Assembly (NCBI GenBank): GCA_050248915.1
Contig: JBFWRL010000004.1
Coordinates: forward strand, 12,673 to 76,672
Direction of reading: 5' to 3'
Length of the DNA: 64,000 nt
Source: Candidatus Sericytochromatia bacterium
GTDB lineage: Bacteria > Cyanobacteriota > Sericytochromatia > UBA7694
Below the pieces are notes generated by a model that searched no databases, had not been told where the DNA came from, and saw only the letters and a list, made by a program, of their open reading frames with translations. The translations under genes and the position numbers were made by a program. Positions 9,377-19,118 of the stretch are shown in pieces. Positions within the stretch are counted from its first letter, which is position 1; each line of letters starts with the position of its first letter.

Positions 9377-10399
9377 TTACCGATCTGTGGTGATATTCAG
9401 GTCAATCGTGACAGGAATATGGTCAGAGGCATTGTAAAAATGCAGATTCATCCATTGCTCACCCTGTTTAAAGGGTTTGTAGAGCTTCGCCGATTTGGGC
9501 ACGTATTCGTTGAGCATGCTCGGAGAGAGCAGGAGATAGTCAATCCGCGAGCGGTATTGCTGGGGATGATAGGTAAAGACCTCAGGGCCATTGCCCAAAT
9601 CTTTCATGATGATGTCGGTTAGACCCAAACCACTGACCTGGGGATTGACCAGCGGTTGCACGGGTTTTTCCAGGGGTTTGTCGTTGAAATCGCCCATCAC
9701 TACCACGTTTTCGCGGGGGTTGGCTTTTTGGAAGGCACCAATGATTTGTTGGGCTGCGCGAGCCTCGGCTTCGCGGCGGACATCGGCTTCGTCTCCCCCA
9801 TGTTGGGATTTGAGGTGGAGAACAAAGACGGTCAAAGCGTAATTATTCGGGCCTTGAATGCGCACTTGCAGCAAGTCGCGACTGAATCCGACGGGTTGAG
9901 CTTCGCCGGGTACGGGAAAACGCACTTCTTTATGGCTTTTGACAGCGGTCACGGGAAAGCGGCTGAAGAGGGCCACATCAATGCCACGGGTATCGTTGCC
10001 TTCGATTAAGACGACTTCGCGGTAACCCATGTCTGCCAGGTATTTGTCACGGAATTGGGTCAAGGTGGCTTTGGATTCGACTTCCTGCATGCCAACGACA
10101 TCGGCGTTGATATCGTGCATGGCTTGGCTCAAGGCGATTTTTTCTTTTTCGGGTTTGGCCTGTTCGGGTTCTTTGCCAGGGTCTTGAATGCCATCGAAGA
10201 GATTGCGAATATTATAGGTGGCCAGGCGCAGGGTGCCTGCTTGACGGCCGGGAGCGGCAGGAGCCACGGAGTTGGCGCGCACGTTCATGGGGCCGACTTG
10301 GCGTGGCATGATCGCAGATGGGTTCAGGGGGGCTTGGCCGCAGCCAATACCAGCCAATAAAAACAAACTTGAACAGAGTACGGACATTGCTTTTTTCAT
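9377..10399 (-). CDS. endonuclease/exonuclease/phosphatase (EEP) family secreted protein
   Basis: Signal peptide. LRLATYNIRNLFD, ADVVGMQEV, VMGDFND and a C-terminal SDHIPV, all typical EEP catalytic motifs. Confidence 0.75.
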   Translation of the reverse strand: MKKAMSVLCSSLFLLAGIGCGQAPLNPSAIMPRQVGPMNVRANSVAPAAPGRQAGTLRLATYNIRNLFDGIQDPGKEPEQAKPEKEKIALSQAMHDINADVVGMQEVESKATLTQFRDKYLADMGYREVVLIEGNDTRGIDVALFSRFPVTAVKSHKEVRFPVPGEAQPVGFSRDLLQVRIQGPNNYALTVFVLHLKSQHGGDEADVRREAEARAAQQIIGAFQKANPRENVVVMGDFNDKPLEKPVQPLVNPQVSGLGLTDIIMKDLGNGPEVFTYHPQQYRSRIDYLLLSPSMLNEYVPKSAKLYKPFKQGEQWMNLHFYNASDHIPVTIDLNITTDR

Positions 10400-10518
10400 G
10401 GGAATAAATCCTCTACGCGATTTTGATAATTTACTTATCGCGACATCGGGGGTTTTTATTCTTAACTTTGGATTGTTGGAGCTTTAAAGTCTGTTTAATC
10501 TTGGGTTTTGTTATGGGG

Positions 10519-11895
10519 TCAGGCCAATATCCTGCGAATTTCTTCGCTCACGCTCTCCTCGCGAACCTTGACCAATTGGCCTTTTGAGACCACCTGCTCG
10601 CCGCCGACAAAGACCGCTTGCAGGGCACTTTCGGGCCAGGCCGAAAAGATCAGCTGGTTGAGCACAGCGGTCTCCACGTCTGCGGCATAAGCGGCCGGCA
10701 GAAGTGAGGGGTGTTCCAGATCCACAATTTGAAAATCTGCCTCCATACCGGCTTTGAGTTCACCGATAGGCAGCCCCAGCAATTTGCCCCCCTGCAGATG
10801 TAACATGCGGTACAGGCTGCGGGCGGCTGGCACACAGCCCATCGAGAGCGACTGCACCCGCTGTAGGTATTCTGCTGCGCGGGCCTCCGCAAAGAGATTG
10901 GTTTCGATATTGGCATCGGTGCCGAGGCCAACAGAAACGCGACGTTTGACCCAGCCGGGCAAATCTGCCACGCCATCACCGAGGGCCATATTGGTGATCG
11001 GGTTATAGGCAATGCCCACCTGTTTTTGGGCGACCAGATCTTTGTCTGCTTCACTTAACCAGATCGCATGCACCAAAACGGTGCGGTGGTCCAAAACGCC
11101 CAGTTTTTCGAGGGCACCGACAGGGGTTGTTCCATACAGACTTTGGGCCAGCTCCAGATCGTGTTTTTGCTCAGCCAAGTGAATGTGCCAGGGGGTGTCG
11201 CGCTCTTGGGCCAGGGCGGCAGCGGCTTGAATCAGTTCAGCCGAGGCCCCGTGGAGTGAGTGTGGGGCCGGCAAAACGGAGATCAGGGGGTGCTCTGCAT
11301 ATTGCTGAGCCAATTGTCGCGTTTGCTCGATCGCTTGTTGCCAAGGCTCTTTAAAACGTTTTTGACCCTCTTTTTCGCCCTGATCGTAGAGGGCGCGAAT
11401 CAGGCAGATCCGCATGCCGAGATCGCGGGCGGCCTGCAATACGGCTTTGACGTTGCGCTGGCGGCTGCTGGTGCCGTCGGGCAAATTGTGTAAATAAAAG
11501 AATTCGCCGACGGTGGTGATGCCCTGTTTGAGCATTTGGCTAAAAACCAGCAGAGCTGAAGCATAGAGACTGTCTTCGTCGAGTTCGAGTACCAACGGAT
11601 AGAGAAAGCGATCAACCCAATCTTGAAAATGCTGGGGTTGGCCTGTGGTGGGGCGGAGTAGGACTTGGAAGGCGTGGCTGTGGGTATTGACGCAGCCGGG
11701 CATCAACAGGGAGTGGGGAAAATTCAACTCTTCTTCGACTTCATACTGGCGGTTCAGGGCATCTGCTTCAGCTTGGGAGCAGACCTTTTCGATTTTGCCC
11801 GTTTTGTCGATCAATAAACAGTGATCCACCAACCAAGTGGTTCCGGTATCGATGTATTTACTGTTAATCCGTTTCGTGGTACACATTGTTTGCAT
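10519..11895 (-). CDS. amidohydrolase-superfamily deaminase (formimidoylglutamate deiminase / 8-oxoguanine deaminase-like)
   Basis: Metal-binding motif PGCVNTHSHAFQ. Further HIHLAEQ and GLGTDAN motifs of the metal-dependent hydrolase fold. Confidence 0.7.
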   Translation of the reverse strand: MQTMCTTKRINSKYIDTGTTWLVDHCLLIDKTGKIEKVCSQAEADALNRQYEVEEELNFPHSLLMPGCVNTHSHAFQVLLRPTTGQPQHFQDWVDRFLYPLVLELDEDSLYASALLVFSQMLKQGITTVGEFFYLHNLPDGTSSRQRNVKAVLQAARDLGMRICLIRALYDQGEKEGQKRFKEPWQQAIEQTRQLAQQYAEHPLISVLPAPHSLHGASAELIQAAAALAQERDTPWHIHLAEQKHDLELAQSLYGTTPVGALEKLGVLDHRTVLVHAIWLSEADKDLVAQKQVGIAYNPITNMALGDGVADLPGWVKRRVSVGLGTDANIETNLFAEARAAEYLQRVQSLSMGCVPAARSLYRMLHLQGGKLLGLPIGELKAGMEADFQIVDLEHPSLLPAAYAADVETAVLNQLIFSAWPESALQAVFVGGEQVVSKGQLVKVREESVSEEIRRILA

Positions 11896-11949
11896 CTGTT
11901 TGTATCCTGTGGGTATTATTCATTCTAACGCAGAACCAAGGAGTCCTTT

Positions 11950-12477
11950 ATGGCAAATGATAATATGCAATATGTATTTGGCCTGAAGATCAAAGACAAA
12001 GAAATTCATTTTGGTGGCGATCGCATTTTTGTTGAAACGCAAGTGGAGAAATGGCTCCAGATTTTTGCGGGAGATCTGCCTGCGAATTTGATGCCAAATG
12101 TGGATCATACACCCTCGGCTCCTTCGGCCCGCGTGGCAGATATTGCCAACGCCACTCAAGCCCCGGCCGGTGGCCGCCGTTTGCCGACCTTGGCAGAGTT
12201 TCTCAAAACCAAAGAGCCCAAAGAAATTTCTGATGTGGTCTTGGTGGTGGGTTTGTATATGGAGCGCTTTCAACAAAAGAATCTCTTCACCCGCTGGGAT
12301 TTGATGCAGACCATTTTTAACCGGATCGGCAAAGAAGAAGCCGATGTGCAGCAGGCCTTGACTCAATTGGTGAATCAGCAGTTTTTGAGTGAAACCCAGA
12401 CCATGGGCAGCACGGAAATGTCTTATTCGCTGACCTTTTCGGGTGAGCAAGTGGTCAAAGAGGGTTTTTCCCGCTAA
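11950..12477 (+). CDS. hypothetical protein
   Basis: 175-aa ORF with RBS-like upstream context and no recognisable motif. A stem-loop terminator follows. Confidence 0.45.
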   Translation: MANDNMQYVFGLKIKDKEIHFGGDRIFVETQVEKWLQIFAGDLPANLMPNVDHTPSAPSARVADIANATQAPAGGRRLPTLAEFLKTKEPKEISDVVLVVGLYMERFQQKNLFTRWDLMQTIFNRIGKEEADVQQALTQLVNQQFLSETQTMGSTEMSYSLTFSGEQVVKEGFSR

Positions 12478-12518
12478 TTCAGCCAAACCTTAACTGAACT
12501 TCACAGAACCCCAACAGA

Positions 12519-12546
12519 AAAACCCCGCCATTTGGCGGGGTTTTTT
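12519..12546. terminator. bidirectional intrinsic terminator between convergent genes
   Basis: aaaaCCCCGCC-attt-GGCGGGG-tttttt, flanked by an A-run and a T-run. Confidence 0.55.
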
Positions 12547-12562
12547 CAGCTTAAATGGGGCT

Positions 12563-13414
12563 TTAGCGAATCAGGCTCAACGCGGTGTCGATATTCGAGA
12601 GCGAAACCTGAATGACCTTGGTGATCGCGGAATACATCTTCTGGGCCAACGACAACTCGGGAACCGTCTGTGTCAAAGAGGCATTTGAGGCCTCAAGCGA
12701 GTTGGGAACCACGCGGCCTGAAGGGTTGCCAAAGGCATCGTTGTAATTGCCGTTGACATCTAACAAACTGGTCGCTGGGAAAACAGCCCCAGGGGATCTT
12801 TCAAAAATGGTTGAACCATAACGCGAAAATTGCAGTTCCAGCTGGGGATTATTGACGATCTGAACCCGCAGGTGATCCAGTAAGATCTGACCATTAAACA
12901 CGTCTTCGTCATTGGTGCCCACAGCATTGACTTCCCCGGCCAGGGCGTCTCCGTCGTCAAAGAGCATGACGGCATCGTTGTCAGCACTCATCACGTACAG
13001 GCCTTGGCTGTTTACGAGCTTGGGGGGGGATTCTGTATTGAAGTGGAATTCCCCGTCACGGGTATAATAAGTGGTGCCTGTACCATCAGCCAAGCTGTTC
13101 AACATAAAGAATGCTGGGGCTGCACTGGTTTGCTGAATCGCCAAATGGGTAAAGTCGGTTGAAGCCGTAATTGCGCCTTGATTGAAATCCAGGGTGGTTT
13201 CGACAATGCCCAGACTCTGTTCGGCAATATGCACACCCAAACGGGGCGATACGGTTGGTTTTCCTGTTGTGACAGCGCCACCTTCAAATTTAACACGGGT
13301 TGCTTTGTAGCCAACACGGCCAGCACCGGCCATATTTGAGTTTAAGACCGAGATCCATTCGTCGATTGAACGCAGGGAGGCTACGGCTGCAAAGCTTAAA
13401 TCACCTAATCCCAT
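12563..13414 (-). CDS. flagellar basal-body rod / hook (FlgE/FlgF/FlgG) family protein, orphan
   Basis: N-terminal ..SVLNSNMAGAGRVGYKATRVKFE resembles the Flg_bb_rod motif (DVIANNIAN..T.GFK). The central YYTRDGEFHFN...LVNSQGLYV resembles the YTRDG.F..D..G.LVT motif. The C-terminal LEASNASLTQTVPELSLAQKMYSAITKVIQVSLSNIDTALSLIR resembles the rod C-terminal domain (SNVDL..E...MI.AQR.YQANSKVI). No other flagellar genes are present in the window. Confidence 0.65.
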   Translation of the reverse strand: MGLGDLSFAAVASLRSIDEWISVLNSNMAGAGRVGYKATRVKFEGGAVTTGKPTVSPRLGVHIAEQSLGIVETTLDFNQGAITASTDFTHLAIQQTSAAPAFFMLNSLADGTGTTYYTRDGEFHFNTESPPKLVNSQGLYVMSADNDAVMLFDDGDALAGEVNAVGTNDEDVFNGQILLDHLRVQIVNNPQLELQFSRYGSTIFERSPGAVFPATSLLDVNGNYNDAFGNPSGRVVPNSLEASNASLTQTVPELSLAQKMYSAITKVIQVSLSNIDTALSLIR

Positions 13415-13632
13415 GTGAGTTTTCTCCTCTTCATTTTCAGAACCTGTGACGAAACGGTTATTTCATCTTCAGTAGTTGGGTTTAAAGTTATACTTTTCCT
13501 TGTGCCATTATCAGGGATCCCCCTGAAGAAACTTTACCCACTTAACAAAAATATAACATAAAACCCGGCATTTTTAATTTTAAAACGCTACACTTAACAC
13601 ATTATTAATTTAAGGGTCTGCCAAGTAAAACC

Positions 13633-15198
13633 ATGTCATTCTTGCGTGCTGCCAGTTTAATTGCCATTCTCTCCTTGCTTTCCAAAGGCGTGGGACTCTT
13701 GCGGGACATGGTCTTTGCCTATTATTGTGGGCTGAGTATTGTCACCGATGCTTATAACACGGCTTATATGATTCCTGGCAGTTTTGCGCTTTTGATGTTG
13801 GGCGGCCTCAATGGCCCTTTTCATTCGGCGGTGATCTCGACCCTGACCCGTCCCTGGGAAGAGGACGATCAGGAGACGTATCAAACCGTCTTGGATACGA
13901 CGCTGCTGTTTACAGTCCTGCTGATGGGGGCCATTGCCTGCCTGCTCTATTTTGCGGCAGCGCCCGTGATTGGGCTCTGGAAAAGTCTCTCTCCCGAAAC
14001 GGCCAAACTGGCTGTTTTGCAATTGCAGATCATGGCTCCAATGTTTTTGCTTTCGGGGCTGATCGGGATTTCGTATGGGGTCTTAAATATCCGCAAGTCG
14101 TTTTTTACACCCAGTTTGAGCCCGATCATGGCCAGTTTGACCATTATTCTGGCGCTCGTCTTTTTTGCGGGGCCCGGCAGCACTGGTTTGGTACAGGCCC
14201 AAGCCCTGGCCTGGGGAACCCTGATCGGTGCTGTTTTTCAACTTTTATTGCAACTCATTCCGCTCTTGCGCGGCTTTCGGCCCCGGCGTTTGCGGATCAA
14301 TTTTAAACATCCGCTCTTTCACAGCTTGTTGCATCTGCTTTTTCCGGCGATGTTGAGCTCAACCGTGGGGCAGGTCAATCTCTTTGTGATCTATTTCTTT
14401 GCAGGGGCTGCAGACAAGGGCATCAGCGCCTTTCAATTGGGCAATCGGCTCTTACAATTGCCGCTGGGCATCCTCTTAACGGCTTTGTTGGTGCCGCTTT
14501 TGCCCTTGCTCTCTTCGGTGGCCCAGGCCAATGACGGCTATATCAGCCTCAAAGAAAAACTCAATCAGGGCCTGCGCCCAGTCTTGTTGATCACCCTGCC
14601 TGTCACCTTGATGTTGATCTTTTGGGGCCCGTTTTTGATTGCCTTTTTATTCCAAAAGGGCAATTTTACGGCTGAAGATACGGCTCTGACCCACCAGGCT
14701 CTGCTTTTTCTCTCGCTGAGTATCACCACCTACGCCATTCGCGATCTGTTGATTCGGGTCTTTTATGCTTTACAGGATTCGCGTATTCCTTTTTTAACCA
14801 CCTTTGTCTCGATTGTCGGTATGTTTGCCTTTAGCTGGCTCTTGGCTCCCCGCATGGGCGTGGGAGGGGTGTCTCTGGCCGCTTCGCTCTCGACTGGCTT
14901 GAACTTTTTGGTCTTGACCCTGTTGCTGCGCCGCCGGATTGGCGCTTGGTTTGAGCGGGCCTCTTGGCTGCATCTGGGGCGGGTCTTGTTGGGTTGCATT
15001 CCGTTGGGTCTGGGTGGCTGGGCCTGTCTGCTCTATTTGCCTTTATTGGGCCCCTGGCAGAGTGTGGGGACGTTTGTCAGTCTGGGGCTTTTGGGGGCGC
15101 TCTACCTGGGCGTTTTAATTGTGTTGCGTGATCCAGAGGTGGGGCATGTGATGGGCATGGTCACCCGGCGTTTGCGGCGGCGTTCCTCTGTGAGCTGA
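13633..15198 (+). CDS. murJ: lipid II flippase MurJ (MviN)
   Basis: 521 aa, polytopic. The N-terminus MSFLRAASLIAILSLLSKGVGLLRDMVFAYYCG is canonical for MurJ. Confidence 0.9.
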   Translation: MSFLRAASLIAILSLLSKGVGLLRDMVFAYYCGLSIVTDAYNTAYMIPGSFALLMLGGLNGPFHSAVISTLTRPWEEDDQETYQTVLDTTLLFTVLLMGAIACLLYFAAAPVIGLWKSLSPETAKLAVLQLQIMAPMFLLSGLIGISYGVLNIRKSFFTPSLSPIMASLTIILALVFFAGPGSTGLVQAQALAWGTLIGAVFQLLLQLIPLLRGFRPRRLRINFKHPLFHSLLHLLFPAMLSSTVGQVNLFVIYFFAGAADKGISAFQLGNRLLQLPLGILLTALLVPLLPLLSSVAQANDGYISLKEKLNQGLRPVLLITLPVTLMLIFWGPFLIAFLFQKGNFTAEDTALTHQALLFLSLSITTYAIRDLLIRVFYALQDSRIPFLTTFVSIVGMFAFSWLLAPRMGVGGVSLAASLSTGLNFLVLTLLLRRRIGAWFERASWLHLGRVLLGCIPLGLGGWACLLYLPLLGPWQSVGTFVSLGLLGALYLGVLIVLRDPEVGHVMGMVTRRLRRRSSVS

Positions 15199-15204
15199 GC
15201 CTGT

Positions 15205-17337
15205 CTAGAGGGGGCTGAAGCCTTTATGGCTCGCACCCCATTGACTGGCTGCTTGGTAGTGTTCTGGCGAGAGGGGTTGGGTCTGCTGGTTTTCGAGGGT
15301 GCGAATCACACGGGCCGCCGCCTGATAATTTGAGGCCTGGAGTGTGCCCTTGCGGCCCAAGGTGGTATAGACCCCATCGCCTTGGCTGCAGGCTTTGTAG
15401 ATCCACTCTCCGCTGAGGGTGTCCCAGCAAATCAAGGTGCCGTCTTTGCTGATGGAGAGCACTTGGTTTTGACCGGGAACCACCGCCACGCCCGTGACAT
15501 AATTGCTGTGCTGTTGCAAGCTGGCCAGGCATGGTCCGTGGATATCCCAGATTTTGAGGCTGCGATCCCAACTGCCCGAGACCAACCTGCTCCCGTCTGA
15601 AGACAGATCCAGACTGGTCACATCCAAGCTGTGGCCCTCAAATGTTTGAATGGTTTGACCCGTGCGCAAATCCCAATGTCTGAGTGTTTTGTCCCAACTG
15701 CTGGAAACAGCCTCGGCTTTGCCTGGGACAAAGCGCAGAGCCGTGATGCCACTGCTGTGCCCTGAGAGGGTGCTGTGTAATTGCCCATTTTCGAGATCAA
15801 TCAGGTGAATTTGGCCATTGCTACAGCCGACCAAGAGCAATTTGCCTTTGTGGGCCAAAGCCTGAATCCAATGGCTAAAATATTTTTGGCTCCAAATGGG
15901 TGTCAGGCTTTGGCTATCCCAGCAGATCAGGGTTTTATCTGCACCGCCTGAAACCAGGGTTCGACCGCCATTGGCAAAGCAGAGCGCGGTAATCCGATCT
16001 TGGTGGGCATCGGGTTGGAAACGCCAGGGCTGTTCCGCGTTTTCGGGCTCCCAGAGATGTAATTCATGGGCGCTGTCCCCGGCGGCAATCTGGCCGCTCT
16101 CTGCACAGGCCAAGCTGAGCAGTGCTGCTTGGGGGCCACTCAACACGTGCTCCAGGCGGCCGGTGGCAATCTCCCAGCGCTTGACCTGCTGGTCTTGTCC
16201 GCCGACCCAGGCTGTTTTGCCATCGGGACTCAAAGCCAGACAGAGCAATCCTTTGCTGGCGAGTGGGTGCAAGACCATCTGGGGCAATGGGCTTACTTTG
16301 TCTGGCTGTGTGGGCTTTGACGGTTCTGGTGCTGGCGGAGTGGGTGCGGGGTTGTGGATTTTGACCAGCCAGTCGGCCACATTTTGCGGACGTTCAGCAG
16401 GCAAAAGACCCAGCGCGTTTTCCAAGACGGTTTGCCAAGGAGAGGGCAACAGGGCTGATAACGGGCTGGGCAGAGCTGCAAAGTTCAGCTCTCTGCCTTT
16501 GAGCCGCTCCAGGGCGGTGGGGGCCATTTCACCCAAGAGTACCCCATAAAAGACCATGCCCAATTGGAAAATATCTGTCCAGGGGCCTGTGGGAAAGTCC
16601 AGGGAGATCAGCTCCACGGGGGCATAAGCGGGGGTACAAACCTGGGGCACAGCATTGGCCAGACCGCGCAGAGAAGAGCCAAAATCCAGCAGCAGGGCCT
16701 CGCCATTTTCGCGAATCCAGATATTGTCGGGTTTGATATCCAGATGTAAAATCTCCTGGGCATGTAAGGAGCGCAAGGCGGCCAGCAATTGTTTAAATAT
16801 TTGGCCTGCGCGTTCGGGGGGCAGGCGGTTGGCGGGGGCCCGTAGCAACATTTGCTCCAGGGTTTGGCCTTGCAGGTACTCCATCACCAGATAGGCGGTG
16901 CCGTTTTCTTCAAAGAGATCTTGGCAGCGAATCACGCCGGGTTCACGCAGTTGATACAACATGCGGCCCTCTTCGAGAAAGCGCCTGCGGCTGCTTTCGA
17001 CCACCCCGCTCCAAAAGGCCTGAATCTCAACTGATCCGTCGGGATTGCGCTCCATGCAGCGCTGGGGAAAAAATTCCTTGATCGCCACGGGTTGATTGAG
17101 CAAACTGTGTTCCGCACGGTAGGTAATGCCAAAACCGCCTTTGCCCAAAACACTGCTGAGACGGTATTTGCCTCCGTGCAAAATGTGGCCTTCGGGCAGG
17201 GTGTTTTGAAAATAGCCGGGAATGTCTGCTTCGCAGCCAGGACAATGCTTGGGCATGGGCTCTGACCAGGTTGTATGGCAGACCGGGCAGCGGTCTTGGG
17301 GCACGGTCTTTCCTCCTGGGAGATATTCTGGAATCAA
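15205..17337 (-). CDS. Ser/Thr protein kinase with N-terminal zinc ribbon and C-terminal WD40 beta-propeller
   Basis: N-terminal CPVCHTTW..CPGCEAD. Hanks kinase motifs (GKGGFGITYRAEH, VAIKEF, HLDIKPDNIWI, DFG). A Pro-rich linker is followed by about 7 WD40 repeats. Confidence 0.85.
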   Translation of the reverse strand: MIPEYLPGGKTVPQDRCPVCHTTWSEPMPKHCPGCEADIPGYFQNTLPEGHILHGGKYRLSSVLGKGGFGITYRAEHSLLNQPVAIKEFFPQRCMERNPDGSVEIQAFWSGVVESSRRRFLEEGRMLYQLREPGVIRCQDLFEENGTAYLVMEYLQGQTLEQMLLRAPANRLPPERAGQIFKQLLAALRSLHAQEILHLDIKPDNIWIRENGEALLLDFGSSLRGLANAVPQVCTPAYAPVELISLDFPTGPWTDIFQLGMVFYGVLLGEMAPTALERLKGRELNFAALPSPLSALLPSPWQTVLENALGLLPAERPQNVADWLVKIHNPAPTPPAPEPSKPTQPDKVSPLPQMVLHPLASKGLLCLALSPDGKTAWVGGQDQQVKRWEIATGRLEHVLSGPQAALLSLACAESGQIAAGDSAHELHLWEPENAEQPWRFQPDAHQDRITALCFANGGRTLVSGGADKTLICWDSQSLTPIWSQKYFSHWIQALAHKGKLLLVGCSNGQIHLIDLENGQLHSTLSGHSSGITALRFVPGKAEAVSSSWDKTLRHWDLRTGQTIQTFEGHSLDVTSLDLSSDGSRLVSGSWDRSLKIWDIHGPCLASLQQHSNYVTGVAVVPGQNQVLSISKDGTLICWDTLSGEWIYKACSQGDGVYTTLGRKGTLQASNYQAAARVIRTLENQQTQPLSPEHYQAASQWGASHKGFSPL

Positions 17338-17495
17338 GCTTGGAAGGGTGATTTGAGCCTATTTTAACCCGTTTGGATTGGGAATCAAACACCCCACGTA
17401 GGGGAGCAGAACTTTAACCCCCCCTGATAATTCAGGTCATTTTGCTGTTATAATGGCTTAAACAATTCAATGATAAATGCACAAAGGTTACGCGT

Positions 17496-18578
17496 ATGAA
17501 ACGTTGGCTTCGTTTTGGAAAGACCCTCTCTGCCCTGGTACTCGCCACAGCTCTGGGATTTAGTCCCGCCGTTTCACAGTCGGCGCTGGCCCAGCAATCT
17601 CCTGCCACCACTCCCAATTTGGTGATTCCGCTCGGGCAGGTGATCACGTTTCAGGTGCCGGATGGTATCAGTACCTTTGTTTTGGGCGATAGCAGTATGG
17701 CGCGGGTGGTTGTTCCCCCCGGCCAAGATCGCTACGCGGTTGTCACTGCTTTAAAACCCGGTGTCACCAATATGTTGATCTGGACCCAACGCAGCGAAAA
17801 GCCGATCAATTATGTCATTGAAGTCTCTCCCAATGCCCGCAGTGAACAAATTGCTGTGCGCGTCAAAGTCTTGGAGGTGGAATCCAGCTCCGATGGCAAA
17901 TTTGGGATTGATTGGTCAGATTTTGTCACCTTTCAAGAAGCCGTTCCCACTGCTCCTTTCCGCTTTGGTTTGCCCCTGCGCACGACCACCCTCAACGCCA
18001 AAATCGACACCCTGATCAACGATCGCAAAGCCCGTGTTTTGGCTGAACCCACCTTGGTGGTGCTCAATGGCAAAGAGGCCAGCTTTCTCTCTGGGGGTGA
18101 GTTGCCCCTGATTGTCACTGACCGTGACCGGATCAATGTGCAATGGCGTGAGTTTGGGATTCACCTCAATCTCAAGGCCCAGGTTGAAGGCACCAATATC
18201 ATTCAGATGGAATTGAGTCCCGAAGTTTCAGATATCGACAAAGCCAACAGTGTCACAATTGCCAACCAGCTTCAGGGGGGCTCGTTTGTGGTCCCGGCTT
18301 TTAAAACCCGCCGGGCCAAAACCACCTTGCGTGTGCCCGACAATCAGACGATTGTGATTGCCGGTTTGCTCAAAAACGACAAACAGGAAGTCAATCAAAA
18401 ATTCCCACTTTTGGGAGATATTCCGCTTTTGGGTTATCTCTTTAAGACCGTGGACTTTCTCGAAAGACGCAGTGAGCTTGTCTTTATTGTTACACCGGTG
18501 ATTGTGCGCGATCCCAAGCTGGTTCCCGAAGCCAATTATGGCAAGGAAGCCGACGTCGAGCGCCAGCCGAACCCGTAA
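17496..18578 (+). CDS. short secretin-family outer-membrane channel (CpaC/RcpA-like)
   Basis: Signal peptide. Secretin C-domain GGELPLIV...INVQWREFGIHLNLKAQV...IVIAGLLKND..FPLLGDIPLLGYLFK..SELVFIVTPVIV. Confidence 0.75.
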   Translation: MKRWLRFGKTLSALVLATALGFSPAVSQSALAQQSPATTPNLVIPLGQVITFQVPDGISTFVLGDSSMARVVVPPGQDRYAVVTALKPGVTNMLIWTQRSEKPINYVIEVSPNARSEQIAVRVKVLEVESSSDGKFGIDWSDFVTFQEAVPTAPFRFGLPLRTTTLNAKIDTLINDRKARVLAEPTLVVLNGKEASFLSGGELPLIVTDRDRINVQWREFGIHLNLKAQVEGTNIIQMELSPEVSDIDKANSVTIANQLQGGSFVVPAFKTRRAKTTLRVPDNQTIVIAGLLKNDKQEVNQKFPLLGDIPLLGYLFKTVDFLERRSELVFIVTPVIVRDPKLVPEANYGKEADVERQPNP

Positions 18579-19104
18579 CCGGGCCGTGAAAATCCCTCTG
18601 CTTTTGATGCTGGCAGCTGCTTTGTTCTGCCTGATCTTTTTTCAGACCAATCGCTCAATTTTTGTGCGCTCGGCGGGTCTGTTTTTGATCATGGCCTGTG
18701 GCTTTGTCTGGGAATTACAACTTTCACCTGAACCCCATTATTTGCTCTTGATCCTTTTGGCGTTGCTTTTGGCCATGGGTTTTGCCTCGGATTATTATTC
18801 CGCGAGTCTGCGCACCTGGTATTTTCGTGTGGCTGAAGAGTCGCTTTGGGGCGTTGTGATTGGCAGCTTTGTCGGAGGCTTTATTCTCTGGATGTTTTTG
18901 GGCTCGATTGGCGGCATGATTGTGGGCTCTTTGTTGGGAGCCCTGATTGGAGAGATCAAAGCCAAGGGCTTTGTCTCTTTTCGCCAAGTCACCAAAGCCA
19001 CTTTGGGCGCTTGTGCTGGGGTCTTTGGCATGTCTGCCAAGTTGATGTTTGGCCTGGAAATGGTCTATTGGATTTTGACCACAGCCAGCCGCTCCGGCCA
19101 TTAA
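18538..19104 (+). CDS. small integral membrane protein
   Basis: Four predicted TM segments. The start is uncertain; the ORF-track start at 18502 overlaps the secretin gene. Confidence 0.45.
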   Translation: MARKPTSSASRTRNRAVKIPLLLMLAAALFCLIFFQTNRSIFVRSAGLFLIMACGFVWELQLSPEPHYLLLILLALLLAMGFASDYYSASLRTWYFRVAEESLWGVVIGSFVGGFILWMFLGSIGGMIVGSLLGALIGEIKAKGFVSFRQVTKATLGACAGVFGMSAKLMFGLEMVYWILTTASRSGH

Positions 19105-19118
19105 ATCGGCCAGTCACT

